A DNA stretch of 64,000 nucleotides from Chiloscyllium plagiosum (taxonomy: Eukaryota). The notes beneath the pieces were generated by a model. The model saw only the letters and a list, made by a program, of their open reading frames with translations, was not told where the DNA came from and made no database searches. Positions 13,691 through 24,107 of this stretch are shown here, in pieces; the stretch's first letter is position 1; every line of letters starts with the position of its first letter. Location: assembly GCF_004010195.1 (NCBI RefSeq), contig NC_057717.1, positions 74,233,490 to 74,297,489 on the forward strand, read 5' to 3'. The position numbers and the translations under genes are program-made.

Positions 13691-15123
13691 ATTCCATGAA
13701 TGACCTTAATTTTTAAAACACTGCAGCACTATGGTTCAGTTCCAATGTTGGAAGAATGATGCTTCACCACTTACAACATTTGCAAAGCATTTAAGCAGTG
13801 ATGTATCTCCTGTGTTCAAATAGCAAAACAAATCCAACATGCCAATGTCTACCCGTCTGCCCACTCTCAGTGATCAACAAAGAGATGGGTGGTGTTTTGA
13901 ACTTCATGTTGAAACACCTACTGCAGATGCTTTGTTTACCTTCTGCCATGAACATTCGAAAGCTATTGCACCAGTAAAACATGGGTTTAAGGCAAACCCG
14001 AATTCCAGGTGCAAGGGGCAAATTGGCAGATTTCTCATCACAGCAGTTTTGGAGGAATGTGGTATTGAGGAGATATAATAAATTTGTAATGGGAGGAATC
14101 GAGCAGAATAAAGTCTAGAGACTGGTTTCATATCAAGAACTATGGAATATTGTTGTAATTGTTTGAGACCAGTCGTCGCTGACAATAGCATGTCTGTAAG
14201 TTTTTAGTAGCGTTCTACCCATAGTTCCACTTTCATGAGGTACTCAACAATGATCTTTGATAATCTGAATAGTGGCCATCCTGTCACCTTCTTACTGCCC
14301 AAAGTCATTTCAAAGTATGTAAGTTATATTGCTGGACGACAGGGGAAGGATCTCTTCTTAATTCGTTGAGCGCAGCTCTTATAACAAGGTGCTCAACAAT
14401 AGTAAAGAAAGTACAAGTCGTTTGATCAACATTCCTTCATAATTGTAGCAGAATTTCAGCAATGCATCTAAAAGATGCACTCCAAAATCTTGCCAAGATA
14501 ATTCCAGAGAAGTCACCATAACATGATTGATTTCAAAAGAATGAAGTTAGCAAAAACAAGGGAATACATGAACCTACATTTTCCTATCAATACCCACAGG
14601 CTATTTTGCCGTAAAAATTAATTATAATCCTTCGAATGCTACTCTTGTGTTTCAATAATGCTGAACGCCCCCAATAAATGATACTTTCATTGTACAATCA
14701 CGACGAGATCTGTTATATTTAAACATGGTAGACAATTTAATCTGCAGAAAAAGAAATTATGGTTCATCATATTAGTCACCCTTAAAAGTGACGCCTATGT
14801 AAGTTATAGAATAAAAACAAAAAAACATAAAGTTGACAGTCGTAGTTAGATTATTCTCTCTTCGGATTTTTAATACATTATTTTAAAAATCAGTATCATG
14901 TGATAGTAAAATCTACGTTTGGTGGAACATTATTCTCTTGCGGCTTCATTCTGCCAGTTGCTCTTTGGGAGGAAATTTCCGACTTCATGCTAACGATCCA
15001 TAAAACAAACAGGCATGGTGCAAAACCAAGGAAATGTTTTTGTACTTGTTAGTGAACAAATAGTTCTAACTGGCGTCCCATGGAGTGAGAAAAAAGAATT
15101 GATGAATGCTTGTTTCTGTTCCA

Positions 15124-15168
15124 TCACAGTGTCTGATCTACAGTGAACGCCAACTGGGCATAGAGACC
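15124..15168 (-). CDS. Terminal cytoplasmic exon with YxxL motif ([14 protein letters not shown])
   Basis: Acceptor tttattccacag, phase 0, stop TGA at 15124-15126; first unique sequence beyond the CR1 that fills the intron. Confidence 0.6.
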   Translation of the reverse strand, partial: GLYAQLAFTVDQTL

Positions 15169-18100
15169 CTGTGGAATAAATCAGAAATCATTGTCATGTA
15201 GTGCATCGCCATTCAACAATTGGACCTATATAGCTGATAGTTAACTACAATGGTTTCTATGTGAGTATCCAAAATTATATAAAACAAAGGCATTGAACAT
15301 AGAACAGTACAGCGTAGTACATGCCCTCCGGCCCTCGATGTTACACCAAACTGTGAAAAAAATCTGAAGCCCACCGAGCCTACACTATTCCATTCTCGTC
15401 CATATGTCTATCAAATGACTACTTATATGCCCTTGAAGTTGGCGAGTCTACTACTGTTGCAGGCAGTGCGTTCCAAGCCCCTACTACTCTCTGGATAAAA
15501 AGAAAACTACCTCTGACAGCTCTCCTATATCTATCACCCCTCAATTTAAAGCTATGTCCCCTCGTGCTAGCCATCGCCATCCGAGGATAAAGGCTCTCAG
15601 TGTCACCCTCTGATTATCTTATATGTCTGAATTAAGCCACCTCTCAAGCTTCTTCCCCCTGCCGAGAATAGCCTCAAGTCCCTCAGTCTTTCCTCATAAG
15701 ACCGTCCCTCCATACCAGCCAACATTCCAGTAAATCTCATCTGAACCCTTTCCAAAGCTTCCACGTTCTTCCTACAATGTGTTGAGCAGAACTGCAGGCA
15801 ATACTCCAAGTGTGGCAGCACCAGAGTTTTGGACAGCTGGAGCACGATCTCATAGTTCCGAAAATCAATCCCTCTACCAATAAAAGCTAACAGACCATAT
15901 GCCTTCTTAACAATCCTATCAACCTAAGTGGAAACTTTCATGTATCTATGCACCTGGGCACCAACATGTCTCTGCTCATCTACACTACCAAGAATCTTAC
16001 AATTTGCCCAGTGGTCTGTATTCCTGTTACTCCTTCCAAAGTGAATTACTTCATACTTTTCCGCATTAAGCTCCATTTGCCACTGCTCAGTCCAGCTCTG
16101 CAGCTTGTCTATGTCTCTATGTAACAGACAACATACTTCATTACTATCCATAACTCTATCCTTAGTGTCTGATTAGATTATATTACGTTCAGTGTGCAAC
16201 AGGCTCTTCAGTCCAACAAGTACACATTGACACTCCACAGAGTAACCCACCGAGACGCATTTCCCTCTGACTAATGTACCTGACACTCTGGGCAATTTAG
16301 CATGGCCAACTCACCTGACCTGCACATCTTTGGACTGTGGGAGAAAATCAGAGCACCCGGAGGAAACCCATGCAGACACGGGGAAAACGTGCAAACTCCA
16401 CACAGACAGTCGTTCGAGTCTGGAATCAAACCTGGGACCCCGGTGCTATCAAGCAGAAGTGCTAACCACTAAGCCACCGCATCATCCGCAAATTTATTCA
16501 CCCATCCTTCTATGCCCTCATCCGGGTCATTTATATAAATGACAAACAACAGTGGACCCAGAACAGACCCTTGCGGTACCCCATTAGTAACTGAACTCCA
16601 GGATAAATATTTTCCAATACCGACCACCTTCTGTTTTTTTTTCAGAAAGCCAATTTCTGATACAATACACTAAATCACATTTAATCACATGCCTCCGTAT
16701 TTTGTGTAATAGCGTAACGGTGGGGAACCTCATCAAAAGGCTTACTGAAATCCATATACACCACGTCAACCGATTTGCCCTCATCCACCTGTTTGGTCAC
16801 CTTCTCAAAAAACTCAATAAAGTTGAGAGGCACGACTACCCTTCACGAAACCATGTTGACTAATCCTAATCAACATATTCCCCTCTAGATGATTATAAAT
16901 CTATCTTTTATACCGTTTCCAACACTTTACCCTCAACCAACGTAAGGCTCACGGGTCCATAATTTCTAGGGTTGTCCCTCTTCCCTTTCTTGAACAAAGG
17001 AAAAGCTTTTGCTATCTGCCAGTCTTCTAGCACTATTCATATAGACAGTTATGACATAGAGATCAAAGCCAAAGGCTCGGCAATCTCCTCCCTGGCTTCC
17101 CAGAGGATCCTAGAATAAATCTTATCCGGCCCAGGGAATTTATGTATTTTTACACTTTCCAGAATTCCTAACACCTCCTCCTTATGAACTTCAATCCCAT
17201 CTAGTCTAGTAGTCTGTATCTCAGTACACTGTTCGGCCACGTTATCTTTTTTCTCGTGTGAATGCTGAAGAAAAATATTCATTTAGCTCTTCCCCAAGTC
17301 CTCTGACTCCACGCACAACTTTCCACTACTATGTTGATTGGCCCTAATCTTACTCTTCGTTCTTTTATTCCTGATGTAGCAGTACAACGCCTTGGGGTTT
17401 TCCTTCATCCTGTCCGGCTCTTTCTGGATTAGGTGGCACCTTTACAAACAGGATGGGCTTCACCTGAACCAGAGGAGTACCAATATCCTGGAAGAGTGGA
17501 ATTCGTTAAGGCTTTTGGAGTGGATGTAAGCTAATTCAGCAGGGGGGTGGAAACCAAAACTGTAATTCGAGTATACAGGAGGATCAGAGTAGTGAAGTCA
17601 GAACTAAGATTTCAAGTTCGCAAGCACTTGCTGGCAAGACGTTGATTTGGAGTGTGTCTCCTTCAATGCCAGGAACATTTGGAGTAAGGTGGGTGAACTT
17701 GTGGCATGTGTGGTACCTGGGATTCCGATGTTGTGGCTATTTCAGACACATGAGTACAGCAGAGCCAGAAATGGTTATTGCAGGTTTGGAGATTTAGATG
17801 TTCTGTTACTCCTTCCAAAGTGAATTACTTCATACTTTTCCGCATTAAGCTCCATTTGCCACTGCTCAGTCCAGCTCTGCAGCTTGTCTATGTCTCTATG
17901 TAACAGACAACATACTTCATTACTATCCATAACTCTATCCTTAGTGTCTGATTAGATTATATTACGTTCAGTGTGCAACAGGCTCTTCAGTCCAACAAGT
18001 ACACATTGACACTCCACAGAGTAACCCACCGAGACGCATTTCCCTCTGACTAATGTACCTGACACTCTGGGCAATTTAGCATGGCCAACTCACCTGACCT

Positions 18101-21100
18101 GCACATCTTTGGACTGTGGGAGAAAATCAGAGCACCCGGAGGAAACCCATGCAGACACGGGGAAAACGTGCAAACTCCACACAGACAGTCGTTCGAGTCT
18201 GGAATCAAACCTGGGACCCCGGTGCTATCAAGCAGAAGTGCTAACCACTAAGCCACCGCATCATCCGCAAATTTATTAACCCATCCTTCTATGCCCTCAT
18301 CCGGGTCATTTATATAAATGATAAACAACAGTGGACCCAGAACAGACCCTTGCGGTACCCCATTAGTAACTGAACTCCAGGATAAATATTTTCCAATACC
18401 GACCACCTTCTGTTTTCTTTCAGAAAGCCAATTTCTGATACAATACACTAAATCACATTTAATCACATGCCTCCGTTATTTGTGTAATAGCGTAACGGTG
18501 GGGAACCTCATCAAAATGCTTACTAAAATCCATATACACCACGTCAACTGCTTTGCCCTCATCCACCTGTTTGGTCACCTTCTCAAAAAACTCTATAAAG
18601 TTGAGAGGCACGACCTACCCTTCACGAAACCGTGTTGACTAATCCTAATCAACATATTCCCCTCTAGATGATTATAAATCTATCTTTTATACCGTTTCCA
18701 ACACTTTACCCTCAACCAATGTAAGGCTCACGGGTCCATAATTTCTAGGGTTGTCCGTCTTCCCTTTCTTGAACAAAGGAAAAGCTTTTGCTATCTGCCA
18801 GTCTTCTGGCACTATTCATATAGACAGTTATGACATAAAGATCAAAGCCAAAGGCTCGGCAATCTCCTCCCTGGCTTTTGGAGTGGATGTAAGCTAATTC
18901 AGCAGGGGGATGGGAACCAGAACTGTAGTTCGAGTATACAGGAGGATCAGAGTAGTGAAGTCAGAACTAAGATTTCAAGTTCGCAAGCCCTTGCTGGCAA
19001 GACGTTGGTTTGGAGTGTGTCTCCTTCAATGCCAGGAACATTTGGAGTAAGGTGGGTGAACTTGTGGCATGTGTGGTACCTGGGATTCCGATGTTGTGGC
19101 TATTTCAGACACATGAGTAGAGCAGAGCCAGAAATGGTTATTGCAGGTTTGGAGATTTAGGTGTTTCAGTAAGAACCGAGAAAATGGTAAAAGAGGGGGT
19201 GGTGTGGTACTGTTAGTCAAGGACAGTATTACGGTTGCAGAACGAACGCTTGAGGACTTCTTGACTGAGATAGTATGGACTGAGATTCGAAACAGGAAAC
19301 GAGAGGATACCCTGTTGGGAGTTTTCCAGAGGCCTGTAAATACTTCTAGAGATGCAGAGGATAGGATAGCAAAGATGATCCTCGATAGGAGCGAGAGTGA
19401 CAAGATAGTTGTTATGGGGTCTTTAACTTTCCAAATATTGACAGGGAATATCACATTTAAAATATTTTAAATGGGTCAGTTTTTGTCTAAGGTATGCAGG
19501 ACTGTTTCCTGACACAGTATGTAGACAGGCCAGCAAGGGCCACATTAGATTTTGTACTGGGTAATGAACACGGCCAGGTGTTAGATTTGGAGGTAGGTGA
19601 GCACGTTGGTGATAGTGACCACAATTCGGTTTTGTTTACTTCAATGATAGAAACAGATAGGTATATGCCACGTGGCAAGAGTTATAGCTGGGGTGGAAAG
19701 GCAATTACAATGCGATTAGTCAAGATTTAGGATGCATAGGGCAGGGAAGGAAACTGCAGCGGATGGGTGTAATTGAAATGTGGAGCTTAATCTATGAGAA
19801 GCTACTGCGGGCCCTTGATAAGTACCGGTCAGGCAGGGAAGAAGTTGTCGAGCGTGGGAGCTGTGATCTACTAAGGAAGTTGCATCTCTTGTCAAGAGGA
19901 AGAAGAAGGCTTATGTTAGGATGAGATGTGATGGCTCAATTAGGGCGCTTGAGAGTTACGAGTTAGATAGAAAGGACATAAAGAGAAAGCTAAGAAGAGC
20001 CAGGAGGGGATATGAGAAGTTCCAATTATCCAGAAACTCAAAACACTCCCTCCTGCATGATCCCTGTAGCCACGCGTTCGACTCCTCTCTCTCCCTATTC
20101 CTCACTTCGCTAGCACGTGACACAGGCAACAAATCAGAGATAATAACTCTGTTTGTTCTAACTGTAAGGTTCGACTTTTGCTCCCTGAATGTCTGCATTA
20201 AATCCTTATATCTCTCTCCCTACCTATGTCGTTGGCGCCTATGTGGACCAAGACTTGGGGCTGCACTCCCTCTTTCTCAAGAATCCCGAAAACACGATCA
20301 GAAACATCACGAACCCTGATACCTGCGAAGCAACATGCCAACCGTGAATCTCTCTCATTCGCACTGAATCTCCTGTCTTTCCCTTAACTATGGAGTCCGC
20401 AATGAGTGATGCTCTGCTCCTTTTCTCCCTTCCCTCCTGAGCAACAGGGACAGACTCTGTGCCAGAGACCTGTGCCCCAATTCTTACGCCTGGTAAGTCG
20501 CCCCTCCCCCAACAGTATCCAAAATGGTGTACTTGTTGTTGAGGGCAACGGCCATAGGGGATCCGTGCTCTGCTTGCCAGTTCCCTTTCGGTACCCTGAC
20601 AGTAACCCATCTACCTTCTTCTTTTAACTGAGGTGTGACTACCTCCTTGTAACTCCTCTCAATAACCTGCAAATGATCCGAAGTTCATCCAGCTCCAGTG
20701 TCCTAATGCGGTTTTTGAAGAGCTAGAGTTGGGTGCCCTTCCCATAGATGTAGTCAGCGGAGACATATATATATAAAAGAAAGACTTTTCTGGGTTTCCA
20801 CCATTTGTGTCACATATGAACTTCACGTTCATGTTAACGTGTTATCGCATCATAATTCTATACACACCCCTGGAGTGCCTCATTTTTCATCCAATGATAT
20901 ATTTTGAACAAACTATTCATCATCACGAGAGCATTTCTCAGACTATTTCCAGGCTGAAATAATTATTTAATCTGTACAACTTGCACTCAGAATGCAAATA
21001 GTTCAACTCTGTCATCATTCAATGAGATTTTTTGTGCAATTGCATATAATTACTGCCACTAAAATCATTGTTTTTATTGCCAGATAACTTCACGTGTACC

Positions 21101-23932
21101 ATTTAATAATGTTTGCATTAAAGAGCTTAATACAGTTTTGCCACTTAACTAACTCTCTTAAATGTTGTTTCAGAAGCATATATACTGAGATAAACTTTTT
21201 TGTGAATTTACCTCCTGCTTTTGATCGTATGGTAGAGAACCGCTGCAGTCATTATCAGTGATCCTGATGCCTGATCTAAAAGCAAAACCATTTTAAAAAT
21301 ATTTTTTAAAAAACAATGATACGATTAATTAACGGGAAGAATTCAAAGTTCACAATAATATACAATCAGGAATGTAGAACATGCTGGTTTATAGCACCAA
21401 TGCAAAATTCCTACCTTAAATTCCGCTTCCTGTAGCTCCATACCGCAGCAGCAATAAAGATAATGAGAATAATCATCACCAACAAACTTTCATAAAATAT
21501 TAAAAGGCAAGGCTCTGGGGAAGACAAAGTGACAACATTAAAAGTCCGCAAATAAGTAACTGAAGATTGACAGAATATTTGCGGAGATGCAAAAATTCAA
21601 CTCAAGATTCTGAACTTCCCGATTTGTCAGTCTTGTCAACGTCACATAAATCATAATAAATGCACGGATTAGCCGATCAAAAACAATCAGAAAGTCTGAT
21701 GTTTTTATTACCTCGGAAATAAAGCAAAATATTGAAGTTCTGACAGAAGTCATTTATCTGTGAAACAATTTGACTGAACAGAATTGAAAAAAAATGTTTC
21801 GCCTCTGAAGCAGAAGGGATCAATATCATCGTATCATTCCGATTTCGGGGCGGGGGTGGTTAAAGATAATTGTTTAGTTCTCAGATAGTGTTTAGCATAT
21901 GTAGACTTCAACTTCAAACAAATTCTGAGGTGGGATCGTGCATGATTAACTGGTATGGGACGATCAATACAGCGATTCCTTAAACAGACATGGGAGAAGG
22001 TATGTGCTGACATTGTGATGGGATTATCAAGAAAGTGTTTGGAAGGAGACTTGTGTGGAATAACAAAACGGACATTCCCCCAATGAGCTAAATTATTTCT
22101 TTCCACGATGCACATTTTACAAAGAACAGACAACTGTTCGTGGGTATGAACATGGAAATTAGCAAACTGGAAATGGAACTTTCTTTTCCAATCTTATCAA
22201 CAGAAGTTCTGACTGTCTCTAGTTTATACAATAGTCACCTTAAACAGATTGAGGTACTCGGCCAGAGAGTTTATGAGTGTAGCACGTAGAGATCTTAAAA
22301 ATGTTAATGTTCGTGTGTGGTTGCAAAGGAAGGAAGAAAATGTGAATACTAATTATTCTATTGCAAACAACAAAGTCTTATTATCATTAAACATAAAGCA
22401 TAAACTGATAAATACTGTAGTTACCTATCTGATAGAGGAAACTTCCATTGATTTCACTCATTCCATCTGGGGTTGGAGAAAAGAGAAATATGGTTGGAGG
22501 AGCCTGAGTAAGTTGGGAAGTAAGATAGGATTACTTTTTTTTCAACCATAAAATTAATAAATCAGTCTTAACTCTGACCTGTAACGTGCAGGATTGATCC
22601 ATTTCCGAATACCAAGGGCCTTCCATAAAATGTCCACGCTGCACAGTAATATAGACCCGAATCATTCACTTGAACATCATCAATCACAAGTGTATAAATA
22701 GTCAAAGCATTATTAATTCCTCCAGAAATCTTTCTTCCATCTGAAATGAAGTTCTTGTTTATTAAGTAAACCTTTTGTAAATTTTCTCGCAGCTGCTGCT
22801 TATACCAGTGAAGGTGTCCACTCACATACCAACTTGTGTGGCAATTCAGCTTAATGGTACTTCCAACAGAGACGGTCTGAAGTCGTGGAGTCTGCAGGAG
22901 GGTGTTGTGAAGTGCAGTAACTGGAAACAGGAGATGGCACAACAAAATAAAACTTTTCCATGCTAATAGAATGTTGTAAATGAAGAAAAGACGATATTTT
23001 CATTGGTGATCAGCAATCCTCATGAATAATTGTGGGAATTACCGGGTGTTAAATAGAAGAAGTAAAAATAAATGAANNNNNNNNNNNNNNNNNNNNNNNN
23101 NNNNNNNNNNNNNNNNNNNNNNNNNNNNNNNNNNNNNNNNNNNNNNNNNNNNNNNNNNNNNNNNNNNNNNNNNNNNNNNNNNNNNNNNNNNNNNNNNNNN
23201 NNNNNNNNNNNNNNNNNNNNNNNNNNNNNNNNNNNNNNNNNNNNNNNNNNNNNNNNNNNNNNNNNNNNNNNNNNNNNNNNNNNNNNNNNNNNNNNNNNNN
23301 NNNNNNNNNNNNNNNNNNNNNNNNNNNNNNNNNNNNNNNNNNNNNNNNNNNNNNNNNNNNNNNNNNNNNNNNNNNNNNNNNNNNNNNNNNNNNNNNNNNN
23401 NNNNNNNNNNNNNNNNNNNNNNNNNNNNNNNNNNNNNNNNNNNNNNNNNNNNNNNNNNNNNNNNNNNNNNNNNNNNNNNNNNNNNNNNNNNNNNNNNNNN
23501 NNNNNNNNNNNNNNNNNNNNNNNNNNNNNNNNNNNNNNNNNNNNNNNNNNNNNNNNNNNNNNNNNNNNNATGCAATTAATGATTCCATCTAGTAAAAGCG
23601 ATCAATAAATTTAAGCATAGGAAGAATCTGCAAACAACAGTTGCATAAATATTGTGAAAGTTATTCTAAACATTTTCGTAGGAAATTGGCCAGGAAGAAT
23701 AACTGGAATCCTGAGTTTCCTTTTTGTCACGGAATATTCACGAGCAATGTAATTTGGTCTAAGTAATGCAATTCTTCAATATACTATTGATATTACAGAA
23801 AACTGTCATGTAATATTCCCCTTTGAGTAACATTTCCCTTTGATCCTACCCTGGAAGTACCCAAGAGGCTAAAAGTAAGAAAATCTAACCTGGCAGAAGC
23901 CGAAACAGAGCACAGACAGTTATAATATTCAT
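15124..23932 (-). CDS. Spliced gene for a non-rearranging single VJ-type Ig-domain type-I membrane receptor (antigen-receptor-like/NITR-like), 6 coding exons, 211 aa
   Basis: Exons 23890-23932, 22579-22920, 22425-22466, 21415-21514, 21212-21275 and 15124-15168 have GT/AG boundaries and compatible phases (1,1,1,2,0); total 636 nt, no internal stop. Protein: [26 protein letters not shown]...KLNC...LHWYKQ...[111 protein letters not shown]. Confidence 0.75.
15295..20765 (-). mobile_element. Rearranged CR1 LINE (internal inversion plus duplication, nested SINE) in the last intron of the VJ receptor
   Basis: ORF1 on minus 20019-20765; ORF1-end/endonuclease on plus ~17415-17802 and ~18873-20018; RT/3' end on minus 15295-17414; 17803-18877 repeats 16024-17097. 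Confidence 0.85.
21212..21275 (-). CDS. Cytoplasmic exon 1 ([22 protein letters not shown])
   Basis: Acceptor ggttttgcttttag, donor GAG|gtaaat; phase 2-0 matches the TM exon. Confidence 0.7.
21415..21514 (-). CDS. Transmembrane exon ([33 protein letters not shown])
   Basis: Acceptor tttgtcttccccag, donor AAG|gtagg; ~23 hydrophobic residues followed by basic stop-transfer RKR. Confidence 0.85.
22425..22466 (-). CDS. Short hinge/stalk exon ([14 protein letters not shown])
   Basis: Strong polypyrimidine acceptor tttctcttttctccaaccccag and donor TAG|gtaac; 42 nt, phase 1-1; contains an NGS sequon. Confidence 0.7.
22579..22920 (-). CDS. Ig V-set exon with fused J-like segment
   Basis: Acceptor cctgtttccag, donor CAG|gtcag; 342 nt, phase 1-1. 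B-strand Cys (IKLNC), C-strand [20 protein letters not shown] and J motif FGNGSILHV. Lies within ORF 22568..22945. Confidence 0.92.
23077..23569. other. Assembly gap in the leader-V intron (other gaps: 2393-2536, 49287-50090, 60083-60229)
   Basis: Runs of N. Confidence 1.
23890..23932 (-). CDS. Leader (signal peptide) exon of the VJ receptor
   Basis: ATG AAT ATT ATA ACT GTC TGT GCT CTG TTT CGG CTT CTG CCA G|gttag; 43 nt, phase 1, the usual Ig-superfamily split leader. Confidence 0.75.
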
Positions 23933-24092
23933 TGGCTGCGGATGAAGTTCACACCGTGAGAATCACACTGATTTGCTTTTTTCTTACTGTTTAACCTGTA
24001 TTTTGGTGCATCATAAGATGAAATACACATTTGCGGTTGTGCGTTTAAGCATATGCCTCAGTGGAAACTATAGAACCATTTTTAAGATTGCT

Positions 24093-24107
24093 TGTGGGTT
24101 TCCTGTT
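24093..24107 (-). promoter_or_regulatory. Candidate ETS (AACAGGAAA) site with adjacent RUNX-like motif upstream of the VJ receptor
   Basis: About 160 bp upstream of the ATG; the tttcctgtt core is retained in the paralogous block (~2980-2988). Function is inferred only. Confidence 0.3.

Noticed and set aside
20858-20953. Alternative last exon [31 protein letters not shown]
   Set aside because: Weak A-rich acceptor and no signalling motif; the 15124-15168 exon is preferred, but this one is not excluded.
21515-22424. Possible Ig constant-domain exon between V and TM
   Set aside because: No open minus-strand frame with C1/C2 Cys-Trp-Cys spacing was found.
22642-22648. CACAGTA cryptic heptamer within the YYC codons
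   Set aside because: Expected from TAT TAC TGT GC codons; no nonamer.
22568-22945. ORF as a stand-alone 125-aa protein or as a rearranging V segment
   Set aside because: Its ends are intron sequence outside the splice sites (22920/22579); J is already fused and there is no heptamer-spacer-nonamer.
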